Source: Antedon mediterranea (taxonomy: Eukaryota; Animalia; Echinodermata). Taken from it: a DNA stretch of 64,000 nt. A program made the position numbers and the translations under genes. This document shows positions 37,522 through 51,104 of the stretch, in pieces. Below the pieces are notes generated by a model, which did not search any database, was not told the origin of the DNA, and saw only the letters and a program-made list of their open reading frames with translations. Position 1 is the first letter of the stretch. Every line of letters starts with the position of its first letter. The stretch lies in the NCBI RefSeq assembly GCF_964355755.1, contig NC_092677.1, positions 13,104,101 through 13,168,100 on the forward strand. The letters are read 5' to 3'.

Positions 37522-37849
37522 AGGCCCATTTACACTAGGCGATAACAATCGACGATAAAAATATTTTCGAAAAGAATTTAAACAAATTTTCATTCTATAA
37601 CTATTATGATTATGATCACACGTCCAATCAAATTACGTCATGATTCGTAAGAGCAATAATATCATTATTATTATTGATCATGACGTAATTTGATTGGATT
37701 TTTAAAATAGTATTTATCAAATACAGCATAAACGATTATCCTATAGTTCTAGAACGAAAACTGTTCTAATTTCTTTTGTATTATTATCCAAGACAATGTA
37801 TGTTTATCTATTTATTATCGATCGTTATCCCTCTAGTGTAAATGGGCCT
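37522..37849. mobile_element. PIF/Harbinger-type MITE
   Basis: TTA|AGGCCCATTTACACTAG ... CTAGTGTAAATGGGCCT|TTA: 17-bp perfect TIRs and a TTA TSD. Internal palindrome tccaatcaaattacgtcatgat/atcatgacgtaatttgattgga. Confidence 0.85.
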
Positions 37850-38993
37850 TTATATCTGAATTCACACTAAGATTATACTGTATACACATATAGAGGAGCG
37901 TTTTTAACGACGTGCGTTTCATACATTTGATTTTTTCATCGGGTTTTTCCTAATCTATCTTTTATCCGCAAAAGATCAGACAAACTTATAGTTATTCTTC
38001 ACTAGAACTGTGAACATAGCAGAAGTAATACGATTTTACTATTATAACCATCTTTTAAAATACTCTTCCAAAAAATCTAAATGTGTTAATGCAAGTTATG
38101 TAATAAATAGAGTTATTGACATTTTGTTTAAATGTATAAAAGAAGTTGTTTATTATAACTATCGTAATGCTGAGACAAAATAGAGAGATAGGCTTATATT
38201 ACAAAAAAAACGACTATCTGTGTTTCTTAAACATCGGCGTTTGTTTTTACAAACAATCCTCAACAAAGACCATTCAACATCAAATCATACAGCATCAATC
38301 CCGGCAAACCATTAATTGAAAGTTCAAACAATTGCTTCCGGTAGGCATGCTAAAGTTTTAAGTTTAAAATAAGTTGGTCAGGTGACTAAACTTAATTTAA
38401 ATCAAATACGGGCAAATCATGTACATGAAAGGTAAAAAAGTTAGAAATAATCTATCTAACATATAATGGGCATGTTTGTTCTAATCTGTGACTACTATAG
38501 AAAACTGAAATTAACGACGTGGATCTATCGATTTTTTTTTCTTTTCCTGTAAGTTAAGAGAGCTAACAAATTGTTAAGAAGTCAATATTTTGCTCTTTCC
38601 GAGGGACGACTGTAGTTGCTGCTAAATCTATCAAATAAATTGTCTGCTTAAGTATTACTCTCTCATCTGTTATTCTTACAAAATGGCAAAATGGAAATAA
38701 ACTTGATACGCTCTAGAAACGCATTGCCATAATGGGGCTCCGGCAAGGCATTTCTTGTTTTGATAATTCTAAAAACAACAACACACATTATTAGCAGTTG
38801 AACTTTTAAGCAGGTATGATGAAACAAGTAAGGTCAAGAGGTCTTAAATCTGCTGATTCTTTTCTGCTGGATACTAATATCAAAGATCTTTTCCCCCATA
38901 AAATTATCACATTTTTTGTCATATATTATCAGCTATTAATTAGAAAGACAGTGTCAGTGTGAATACTCAGAAAATGGTATAGCTCAGTAAGAA

Positions 38994-39032
38994 TAGTAGT
39001 AGTAGTTATTGTAGTTTTTGTAGTAGTATAGC

Positions 39033-39091
<59 letters not shown>

Positions 39092-39253
39092 CAGCAGCAG
39101 TAGCAGTAGTAGTAGTAGTAGTAGTTAAGTAGTTTTTGTAATAGTATAGTAGTAGTAGTAGTAGTACACTGTAGTAGTAGTATAGAGTATAGTAGTGTAG
39201 TAGTAGTAGTAGTAGTAGTAGTACTTGTTGTAGTAGTATTTGTAGCAGTAGTA
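38994..39253. repeat. (TAG)n microsatellite, partly degenerate
   Basis: Long agt/tag runs; explains the poly-T/poly-Y ORF at 38929-39273. Confidence 0.95.
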
Positions 39254-41483
39254 ACTTGGAAGTTTTTAGGCACTAGGTCTACTTACTATTTGTTAAATTA
39301 AAAGTAATTTCTTTGTCATTCAGCAAATGCAAAATGTATTTGCAGTAAAATTGGCAATATTCTAAATAAAATCGATAAAGATTATCAACGGGTCATGCAC
39401 AAGTCACCGAACGTTCTTGAATAGGAAGTAAGGGTCAACTCTATTCTCTACCTACAAGATCATGATTTCCTCAAAATGTATCCAGATACAGTCTTAAAGA
39501 TAATGCATCTGATATTGATTTAGTAATATATTCAGTTAAGTAGTTTAATTATTATAAAAATGTATATGAACAGTCGATTCTTGGTACTGTATCTATTTCC
39601 GAAGTATCATAGGAATATTTGTTAATACAACATAACACGTATTTCACATGTATCTACAGTAGTAGTAACCTAACCTATAACATAATCTTACATGATACAG
39701 CACCACATGCGATATAAATGCGATGCTGTATTACCCAATATTCCTATAATACTTCGGAAATTTATAGCATGTGGAGATAAAGAACTGGAAATCGGGTGAT
39801 ATTAATATTATTCATAGAGCAAGGAGATGAACTTTGTTCCGTATTGGTACAATAATACCTAAATAATTAATTATACATAATTATGTATGACGGATCATAA
39901 ACTGCTACATTATAAATAATAGTTTTAAACAGCATACAGCTAGCATATTGGTAGTACGCACTCTGTGTATTAGGTATAGGTAATGTGAAACCGTTTAGAT
40001 GTTTGCGGTGTTATTGTAATTTTCAGGTTTTGCAAAACAAAATACACATAGGCCTACATGTAAAATACAAACTATAGGTAGGACTACAAACATACAACAT
40101 TTTATAATTTTCTCTGTGTTTTGTAATTACAACTTTTTATTTCTTTATTATTTGTTGCTATACATGGATTAGATTCAGTTTTATTTATGAAGATATGCAT
40201 AATTAATTGTGGATAAAGAGTAGACAAAGCGTATAGTATGGTGTGTGTAAGGTGTTACAACCCCACCATAGCTGCACTTCATACATTTCTACTGTTTACA
40301 TTACATAATAGCATTTAACTACCGTAACTATTATGTATTATGTTTATCGTGGATGACGAAAAAAAAAACAAAAAAACACGGGCACTGACAGATCCATGGG
40401 ACCAGTCAACAAAAATGGCCCGTTTCTATTGAGCAGGGTAATTTGTGTTTAAACACCCGAATTTTTGAAAGAATTTTGTTTTTTTTGTCAACAGAAATTG
40501 GGTTAGAGAAAAACATAAACAATTTTAGTAGCCATTGCAGCCGTTTCTATTAATAATTATTAGCTACTATTATTTTTCGATTTAAAAAACGAGTGAAACA
40601 TACGGTTCTATGCATATTACTGCAACATGCTACTAATACTCTAATGATGTTTCGAAGGAAATAATTTATCTCAAAATTATATATCAGTAAGTTAACGTTA
40701 ATCATAAGTAGCTGTGCGAATCGACCGTATGAATACATTACACAAAAATGCACTGAATAAAAAGAGTTGATAGGATAAAAGATCTTTCGATATTATAAAC
40801 CTCTCGGGTACTCGATTAACGTAACTAAATAAATTATCATTATAATCTACATTCTATTATCGATTTATGTTCAAATTGCTTTTATATCTGATGTCGTTGG
40901 GTTAGGTTCATAAAGAAATTATATAGTAAATATACTTTAGGATTGTTGCAGATGATATTGCTTTCAATTATAATTGCTTAGTGTTGCATACGATAGGCAT
41001 TTTAATTAATATTAAAATTTATTTATATATATATAATTTTTTTTTAAATAAAGAACATACCATATGCCTTTAGTGTGCTACTTTACTAAGAATCTGAAAT
41101 ACTATACTACTTTAAAAATAATATCAATACTATCACAATGAATTATAAGTTTTATCTTATACCATTTAAAATTATTATAATTATAAATAATAATAATCTA
41201 TAGAGCTTGTCTTCGCAATATTAGAACATACAAAACAAATTCAGTTTGCACAAAATGCTAACTACTGAGTATGCAATAGTGTCTTCAATCGTTGAAATGA
41301 GAGAACATATTGCATGGCACGTGATATGAAATCAACCAATCAAATTCCGAGGATACGTCATGTAATGACATATAATTGTTAAGTATAGATATATCATATT
41401 TATTAGAATGAATCGAGTAAATTAAATGCAATGGTTATACGCTGATAGTGAACAAGAAAACAATCGCATTGAAAATTGTATTA

Positions 41484-42035
41484 AACTAGATGGCACGCTC
41501 GCTTCGCTCGCGTACCATCTAGGGGTGCTCACAGATGGTTCTCGAATACAGTAGAATCCACGGACGGGGACTTTTTTGGGACACTAAACAAAAACGGAAG
41601 TGTCCCCCTAATTGGGGTATTCAGAAATAGAGACAACAAAACCAATACTGGATTCCATAAAGGACAATTAATTTATGTGGATTAAAGAAATTAGGGAGAA
41701 ATGGAAATGTATGTACGGGAATTGGGCGGCGGCACGTGGTGGTGGTGATGGAACCGCAGTAATAAAGTTGATTGTATTTATATTATAAGAACCAAACTAA
41801 ATAAATAGACCTAGACATTCTGCGAAATGGAAATCGGAAATTCAAGCTCCTATTCAGTGAAAAATTAAACTGTAGTCTACCTAAATATTTAGGGCAAATC
41901 ATCGGTTGTGGTGTTGAACTTCCTGTAAACATTTGTGTGAACCAAACTGGGTCGAATTTCTGTCATGAGTACTGATTTGTTGGCCTGTGATTTATGACGC
42001 CCAAGGGATCTATCTAGACTTATTTTTTAGAATAA
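41484..42035 (+). mobile_element. Probable Helentron-like non-autonomous element
   Basis: Begins aaCTAGATGGcacgctcgcttcgctcgcgtaCCATCTAG (terminal hairpin 41486-41522) and is GC-richer than its flanks. Right end uncertain. Confidence 0.4.
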
Positions 42036-43779
42036 TGTACGTACCTGTCAGATACAATTGTCTTGTGTCGTATAATAAATAAGTACTGTAATAGTTACTG
42101 AAGTTACTATTACAATCTCGTCAATGAAAACACGAAAATGTATATGCACTTACTTATGAAAACGTATACAGTATTATACTCAGTTATTGAAACAGTAGGT
42201 TTAAAAAAGTTTCGTTTGTCTGTAAAATGATGTAATCAAGCTGTTTACATGAGTCTTAATTTATAAGCACATCAATAATAAAATAGTTTATCTATCCTGT
42301 AATTGGCGAGATTATGGTCGCTGTTGAATGAAATAAAGCCAATCGGTATCATATTTGTACAGAAACGTTTTCGCGGCCGAAGGGTGTAACCTAAATTCGT
42401 TGTATTATCGTCAAGAACTAACTGTAACTAAACTTACATAGAAAGTAAGGTATCATAAATTTGGCCTTAGCACTCGGGGGAGTGGCTAAGATGAAGTCCG
42501 TGGGACTACTAAATATAAATTGTAATGAACCTCGAGGGACATAAATAGGAATATTTCATGTTTCATTATCAATGTATAATAAATGGAAACTGTTTACCGA
42601 TTCAAATAATAGAAATTGGTTTTTAACATTTTCCGAACCTATTGCAAGTTTATTCTCAAAGGGCCCATATATTTACCTACCGTATGTGTTAAACCAAGGG
42701 CTCATAAATTTACCTGCAGTACTTGTGTTAAACCGAACTCTGGCAGACTGAGAGATTGGGATGTTCCATTCATCGCAAATCAATACATTTGTATAATCGT
42801 ATATTAAATCTATCAAAATAGTATTTTTTAAAGAAAATCGGCCTGTCTTCAACATTATGATGGTGTACTCTAGCTGTTCAACCGGTTTTCAGCTATTAAA
42901 AACAATTATCGTAGGAGGAGATAGAAAAATGCGAAGCCTCCTCGCATTTTTTTGGCGGGTATTTTTCAAGATGGACATCCATTAGACAGTGTATACCACG
43001 ATCGGAAAACACCCCTATTTGGGGCAAATCTTTGAACCTAAATTCGTTTTAATCGTCAATAACTAATTATCTAACTCAATTTAATTAGTAAACAGGGTTA
43101 CATCAGGCGGTTAAAATCAGTACCGAAAGTACGAACCAACTTTACATACCATCGAGTGAAAATTCTAGAAGTAAGGCGCGATTTACCGAATTTTGCCCTT
43201 ACGTAAATTTATATATAGATTATCTGAGACGGCTGGCAGATGCTGTATAATGAAAGCATTTACTGTGGTTTATATATTCGCATACTGATTAATATACAAT
43301 ACGCTGTGATTTAATGCGATTATATAGTATGTGAATGATTTACATAGGGACGTCTGATTTATACGATGGATTGTGATTTATGTATAGTATATTATCGTCT
43401 GATGTATACAGTGTGATCTCATGATTTATACATGATGACGTAATAAGTTCTATGAAATAATTATTTCGGTGTATAATGAATAATCTATTGAAAGTCATTT
43501 TATTTGCCATTAATATTCATATGCAATACCCTTTGCCTGGAACAAAAGAAATTCCTGTCGAAAATCTAGATTTTAATATAAATTCAAAAGCTTGAAGGCC
43601 AGGAATTATGCACTTTGAACCAAAACTGTTGATTTCGGGATAGTTTTCAAGGCACAGTTGATTTATATTAAAATAACTGATTTTGAACAGAATTATGTCA
43701 TTCGACGAAAATAATTATCTGTGTATAATAACAGTAATAAGCTTTACTGGAGATGTAATCATTCATTTTTTACATTATG

Positions 43780-45037
43780 ATGATGTCATACAGTAGTAGT
43801 AGTAGTAGTTATAGTAGTAGTACTGTGATGTCACAAAGCTTGATTTTACCGTATGGTGATATCACAGTTGATTTATACTGTGCGACGATGTCACAGTCGA
43901 TTTATAGTGTGTTGATTTGGTGATGTCAAGTCAATTTATACAGTTTGATGCTGGCACCGTTGATTATACCGTGTAATGATGTCACAGTTGATATACATTG
44001 TAATGATGTCACAGTTGATTAATACAGTGTGGCGATGTCACAGTTGATTAATACAGTGTGGTGATGTAACAGTTGATTAATACAGTGTGGTGATGTCACA
44101 GTTGATTTTTACTGCATGCTGGTTTCACAGTTTATTAATAACGTGATATATACTCTCTGATGATGTCATAGTTGATTAATACAGCGTGGTGATGTCACAG
44201 TTGATTTATAAAATTTGGTGATGTCACAGTTAATCTATCCAATTTGGTGATGTCACAGTTGATTTATAAAGTGTGGTGATGTCACAGTCTATGTATACAT
44301 CGTGGTGATATCACAGTTGATTTATAAAATTTGGTGATGTCACAGTTGATCTATACAATTTGGTGATGTTACAATTGATTTATACAATTTGGTGATGTCA
44401 CCGTTGATATATATAAGGTAGTGATGTCACAGTTGATTTATACAATATAGTGATATCACAGTACACTGTGCAGAAATGTCACAGATTTTAACGGCATGAT
44501 AATTTCACAGTTTATTAATAAAGTGTGGTGATGTCACAGTCTATCTATACAGTTTGGTGATGTCACAGTTGATTTATAAAGTGTGGTGATGTCACAGTTG
44601 ATTTATACAGTGTGGTGATGTCACGGTCTATGCAAACAGTGTGGTGATGTCACAGTTGATTTATACAGTGTGGTGATGTCACAGTCTATGTATACATTGT
44701 GGTGATGTCACAGTTGATTTATACAGTGTGGTGATGTCACGGTCTATGCATACAGTGTAGTGATGTCACAGTTGATTTATACAGTGTGGTGATGTCACGG
44801 TCTATGCATACAGTGTGGTGATGTCACAGTTGATTTATAAAGTGTGGTGATGTCACAGTTTATGTATACAGTGTAGTGATGTCACAGTTGATTTATACAA
44901 TGTGGTGATGTCACGGTCTATACATACAGTGTGGTGATGTCACAGTTGATTTATACAGTGTGGTGATGTCACGGTCTATGCATACAGTGTGGTGATGTCA
45001 CTGTTGATTTATACAGTGTGGTGATGTCACGGTCTAT
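43780..45037 (+). repeat. 29-bp minisatellite (left part), with a 58-bp dimer near the insertion
   Basis: Units gtgtggtgatgtcacagttgatttataca and gtgtggtgatgtcacggtctatgcataca; more degenerate toward the left. Confidence 0.93.
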
Positions 45038-48000
45038 TAGCAGGGTAACTTAGCACTTTTTTTGTGCACTTTGTGACAAAAGCACCAAATTTGGCACAAA
45101 CCTTCTTTAGGGTATATCTAACAATCCTAGAAGGGGTGCCCAAAAATCGGATCAATTTAACGACGTCATTTGGACCACGCCCTTTTTTTAGTATTACGTA
45201 ATTAGATGAAAACTTAAATCTTCGTATATACATACCAAGTTTGGTATCAAATTAAAACTCATGACATGTACATTGCAATACACACATAAAAAATATATGA
45301 TTTCTCTTCAGATGGAATATATAGGTCAAATAATGTAATTTTCTGTCATATTGAAGGGTATTTCAATCAAAACGTGCCAATATTGTGCTATGTTATGAAC
45401 ATTGTAGTTATAAGAACAACAACATTCATTTTTGTAATAGTACGAATATATATTTATCCTGTACCAGTTACTTTCCTTTAAAATAATATTAGGAACCACT
45501 GAAAAAAAGTATATAAAACATATACTGTATCAAACTTGGGCTCAATAACCACTGGACTATTAGTAAACCGACAAAAGACTATTTGACTGACAATTATGGC
45601 GTTAGCATCCATAACAATACATGGAGGTGATAATCAACTTTACTTTTATGAAATTATTTATCTGGAAACAAACACTTAGGTACAGAGTTGCTAGATGACG
45701 AACAAGTTCCACGGCATGGGTAACAAGACCAGTGCACTGCTGAACAGCACTTGCAGTTCCCTGAGCAAAAAGGCAACTTTTTGCAGCCACACTTTAGCAA
45801 TTCCCTACATGCCTTGGATGCTTCAGGTAGTATGGTCCAGACTGGTGTCCATGTACTGCCAGTTTTAGTCCAACCAAAGTCTTCTGGTGATGGAGCATTC
45901 TGCTGTGGCTGTAGACTGGTGGTCCAAATGCTTGCTTGGTATATGGATCTGTTGGAATGCTGTAAAAGTGCATCCTGCAATAAACAATTTAAAGATTGGT
46001 GTTACCTTTTAATGAAAGAAAAACATGAACCTGATAATAAATTATTAAACGACAATTGACAATTATATGGAAGCTCCCCTTACCTGTGTAGGAGGAATGT
46101 TGTCCATTGTCCGTGCCTTTCTTGAAAAAAGATCTTGTCTTAGCTTAGTAACACTTCTTAAAGTACTTGTCTTGTCGTATAGATGACATGTAAACTCCTC
46201 TAGCAACTGGAATTGAGATGAGTTGACTCCTAGAGATTTGAAAGGGTGATGTGCCATGAAAAGAAAGGCTTCTGTAACTGCTGGAAATGAGTTCCACGTC
46301 TCCCATGCGGAGTGTTTTGCTTTTCCGAAGAACTGGGATGTAGTATCGGACCCAGTAAATGCATGAAATACTGGCAGCCCTCTTGACTTATCCTCTCCTA
46401 GGTTATGGCAGATGGTATTTATATTAAAATATTGGAAGTGCTTACCCATGCCAAATGCGACCCAGATACACGTACCAGGATAACAGGCTATTAGATTGCA
46501 GAAAATACCAACCAGGATAACAATGACATCAGTATCAACTGTACACACCAAAATAGCCCTGCTACCTTTCTTTAAGGCATCATCAATGTGAATGCACATC
46601 TTGGAGTCGGCCTCTTCATGGTCGCAGATTGACATAGGTTGAGTAGATGTCAACATACAAAAGACTCGCCTACAAGACATATATCAAGAATTACTTACTA
46701 TTTAATATGCCTTTTTAATTAATTATTGGTATGAAACTGTATAAGTAAATTAATCGTTTGGTTACAAACAAAACAAATTAGTATGTATCATAATAAAACT
46801 TACCTGATGCAGTCAGAGTAATCATGGGTAGACACCTTTGTAGTTAAAAAGTTAAATAACTCCTCTTTATTTACTGGATCTTTCAGAAAGTCTGGAAAAT
46901 TCCCTGGAATCTTTGTTTGTCCCCCAACTTTCCTCCTGACCCCTTTTCCTCTTTTTTCTCCTGTAGACTGCTTAAGACTATCTGTTCTGTAAGTGTCCCA
47001 CACTATATCAATTCTGTTACTATTCTGCAGCTGCTGTCTGGTCCACGGTAGAAAGACCTGTCATACAAATGATACAAGAATAACGATCCGCATATAGAAG
47101 TGACCAATTATATGGTGGTTAAACAATAGATACAATCCTGAATGCAAAGAAATGTACTCACCTTATCACCGTAGTCATCAAATGTAAATGCATGGTTGCT
47201 GGAAAGAGCATGGACAATAGCAGCTCCGTCAAACACCTTTACATCAAAATATGTAGGAGGTTCAGGCTGGCCTTCAGTCTCCAAATGCTGTAGCAACTCA
47301 GACTTCTTAGTTGGTAGTCGAAGCTTTCCATTTACTGCCAAAGAGGGTGGCCATGGCTGGTTTTCGTGCATGAAGAAGTCTTCCAAATCTCCATCACGAG
47401 ATTGACTTGCAATATACAGTCGCTTTGTTTTGGACACTGATTTTGACCATGGTGTTTGATGGCTTGTTGAATAATTGCAACACTTCTGTCGAGAATAACT
47501 TCCTTGAAATATTTTTGGTACTGGGTAGTACCTACATCCTGAATTGTACGAACTGTCACTACTGCACTTTCATTGGCACAATCTCGAGCATCCAAGACCA
47601 GAAGTTCTGAACAATTATCGAGGAATTGGTTGCCTGCATTGCTCAGGGAACTGCAAGTACCGTTCAGCAGGTCTTTCTTGCACTGGTCTTTGTTATCCAT
47701 GCCGTGGAACCTGTTCGTCATCTAGCAACTCTGTACCATTATAAGTGTTAGTTTCCAGATAAATAATTTCATAAAAGTAAAGTTGATAATCACCTCCATG
47801 TATTGCTATGGATGCTAACGCCATAATTGTCAGTCAAATGGTCTTTTGTCTGTTTACTTAGTCCAGTGATTATTGAGCCAAGTTTGATACAGTATATGTT
47901 TTATATACTTTTTTTCAGTGGTTCCTAATATTATGTTAAAGGAAAGTAACTGATACAGGATAAATATATATTAGTAGTTGTATTACAAAAATGAATGTTG

Positions 48001-48392
48001 TTGTTCTTATAACTACAATGTTCATAACATAGCCCAATATTGGCGCGTTTTGATTGAAATCCCTTTCAATATGACAGAAAATGACATTATTTGACCTATA
48101 TATTCCGTCTGAAGAGAAATCATATGTTTTTTATGTGTGTATTGCAATGTACATGTCATGAGTTTTAATTTGATACCAAACTTGGTATGTATATACGAAG
48201 ATTTAAGTTTTCACCTAATTACGTAATACTAAAAAAAGGGCGTGGTCCAAATGACGTCGTTAAATTGTTCCGATTTTTGGGCACCCCTTCTAGAATTGTT
48301 AGATATACCCTAAAGAAGGTTTGTGCCAAATTTGGTGCTTTTGTCACAAAATGCACAATCTTCATAAAAAATGGAAGTTAGCAACCCTGCTA
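45038..48392 (-). mobile_element. AcademX DNA transposon, internally deleted
   Basis: Termini 5'-TAGCAGGGT...ACCCTGCTA-3' and a 3-bp TSD TAT (45035-37, 48393-95). Removing the element restores a 29-bp satellite unit. Inverted repeats ~45038-45777 and ~47629-48392. XPG/PIN-like and Cys-rich coding remnant inside. Confidence 0.92.
45654..47635 (-). pseudogene. Academ transposase C-terminal half (XPG-like nuclease + Cys finger), 4 exons, frameshifted
   Basis: Exons ~47635-47162, 47057-46804, 46669-46084 and 45974-~45654, with GT-AG introns joining in frame (DDYGDK|VFLPW; CIR|RVF; PPTQ|DALLQH). Motifs HENQPWPPSL, DGAAIVH, IDIVWDTY, HEEADSKM, VDTDV, FHAFTGSDTTS, CGCK..CSGNCKC. Lesions at about 47450 and 45735; N-terminal DDE region absent. 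Confidence 0.9.
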
Positions 48393-48603
48393 TATACGTA
48401 AAGTGTGGTGATGTCACAGTTGATTTATACAGTGTGGTGATGTCACGGTCTATACATACAGTGTGGTGATGTCACAGTTGATTTATACAGTGTGGTGATG
48501 TCACGGTCTATGCATACAGTGTGGTGATATCACAGTTGATTTATACAGTGTGGTGATGTCACAGTTGACTTAGACTTTTGATTTATACTGTGTGATGATG
48601 TCA
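48393..48603 (+). repeat. 29-bp minisatellite (right part)
   Basis: The same alternating units resume right after the Academ TSD. Confidence 0.93.
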
Positions 48604-51104
48604 TGGGATCATAATAATATGCTGTGTAAAATTTGTATACGATAGACTATGGTGTGTCTGCACAGCATGTATACCATTTACCATGCATGCAGTAGTATTT
48701 ATTATGAATGAGATGGTATAGTATCGTAATGATATTTCATGATACATAGTACGTGACGTTGCGGACAAAATGTCATTTCTGGGGAGATGAGCAAGTGCAG
48801 TTGGAAATATCTCGATAGCTTGCCTAACTCGGCGCTTTTGGTACATCACATGTATAACATATCAAACTCATCAGTGGACTCTATGCATAATAATATTACA
48901 AGCATATACAGATTGGGTTTTATGATTTATGGTTTCACTGATGATAGTAGCTTGATGTATTTTTTTTTATATACATATATAAAATGATGGTATATTAATG
49001 GTACGTAATAATTGTTTGATTTGAAATTATATGAGAGTATATCCGACGACAATTATGTACAGAATATGGTGGCCGGTGATGTGTGACACGTGTTGATGTA
49101 TACATTATCATGATGATACTATGGTGTATAAAGAAATGATAGTGAATCCATTGCTAATTTGTATTCATCATTGGTTTTGCATCAAATACTGTGTAGATAA
49201 AACAATGGCGTGTATAGCTGAATTTATTATTAAGGTAAATTGAGAATATTCAATATTTTCCTCATTCAACGAATATGAAATTAAAACTTGCTACCTAAAT
49301 TGTATGTTATTCTCCTTTTGTTTGTGAAACAAATTTGATATGTCAATAACAGTTTCTTTTTCTATCTTCGAGAGCACGTGCGTACTAATATTAATATACA
49401 TGGCTGATGCTTCTGAGGTTTTTGTATTTGCATCTGTACACTGATTATTATTGAGCTTTTCAGGAAATTGTCAGGCCACACACTCACTCACTGTATACAC
49501 ACTCTTATGTAGATACATACGTATAGCACTTCATCATTCAAAAATCGTTTACAGCGTAAAGGAAAAAAATGGATGATGTGCGATCCGAACGAAACCAGTC
49601 ATATAGAGATTGGTATATCGTCCAAATATAATATTGACAAAGGAAAGACCAGAAAAGAGTACTCACACATTCCTGGTGTTACGATACGTCATGCTCACGC
49701 AGTGAAGTATCATAATAAGTAGGAACAGTGCCACAACCAGTCACTACGGGGTGCCAACACCTCCCTGGTTTTATGATACGGCAAATTGTAAGTAACGTAA
49801 CAGTACTATACTTAACGTTTCACGATACGTAATACTGATACGTAACGTTTCGCGATACGTCTTGTTTTTAAAGCGTATTTCCCACTAGTGCATTCCCACG
49901 TAACATACATTTACCGTATAATTATTACGTGTTAATGTGACGAAAGTTTGATTTAAGGCGTTTCTCGGCATACATTCTTAACCTAATACGGATTCTTTTT
50001 TATTTTGTGCCATTTGATGAAATAGATATATTTGTAGTGATGACGTATATATGTCATGTTGATTATAACGGATAATGCAGTTAGGTGTACATTAATGTAC
50101 AATCTAGTGTATACTTGTAATTAACCGAATCTATTTTACTTTATTGGTCTATTCATTTAGACGAATTGTAGGAGTTATATACCCGTACACATTTTGTTGA
50201 ACAAATAAATTACAAAAAATGCAGGTTAGAATTGTTGGATATAATTTAAGAGCATAAGAGAAATTAGGGCTATTAGATCACGAATACTACTAACGTGATA
50301 TATTATCAGTGGACAAAGTTGTTTTAATTCTAGTAGCTCGATTGAAGACATTTTGGTGAGACTAAAGAGGGCAGTACCCATAGATACCGTATGTAAAGAA
50401 GGTCAAGTGGCCTTGTGTAAGGAGTTACTACACAATGAAGAGTGAAATTAACTAATGGGGAGCAGCTATGTTAGAGTTGTTATATATTATATTATATATT
50501 TCATTCTCTTTGTTAATTTACGATTATGAGATTTTGTGACGTTTTGTCAATTTCTTGAGTATCTCACAAAGCAACAAAATGTAAAATATTGACTGGTTGG
50601 TGGCATGGGGGGTAGGGTGGGATTTATTGGTGGAAGCTGCAAATGTAAATATTAAAGATAGATAGTTAGATAGATAGATATTAGCATAGGACTAAAATAT
50701 AGCCACACTGATAGAAGAACTAGTCTCATTTCAGGCTATTATATTACATTACTGTGATTATTAAGAGTAATGTATAACTTCTTGTGCAAAAATTAAGCTT
50801 ATTTACAATTTCTTCGTATGTTAGGCTAAATTACAAGTTTTCTAATTAGATGGCAGTAGATTGCCTTAATTTATACTGTAGTTTACTGACCTTAAGTTCA
50901 TTTCAATACTATGATTTAGCAATGCATAATAATGATGCTAATCAATGAAGTGATTAACGAACAGAATTATCGTATTACAGAAGTCAAGTGGTTGAATATT
51001 GAGCATGTATATCATTGTATGCATTACAGCAGCATGTATTGACAGGACGCCTCATACTGTAGTGTATGCCTATTTGGGCCTAGATATTTTACCCGGATTG
51101 CATT

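Noticed and set aside
38929-39273. 114-aa poly-T/poly-Y ORF
   Set aside because: Translation of the (TAG)n microsatellite.
45027-48381. Twin ORFs MYIRRFKF... (45027-45233 minus and 48187-48381 plus)
   Set aside because: They are mirror-image translations of the non-coding Academ TIRs.
43780-48603. CRISPR array next to a nuclease gene
   Set aside because: The alternating 29-mers are two fixed variants, not spacers, and the nuclease belongs to an Academ transposon inserted with a TSD.
50335-50445. Short coding-looking stretch SIEDILVRLKRAVPIDTVCKEGQVALCKELLHNEE*
   Set aside because: No recognisable family and no partner exons found; the similar candidates at 14060-14200, 29400-29582 and 33806-34171 are unsupported for the same reason.
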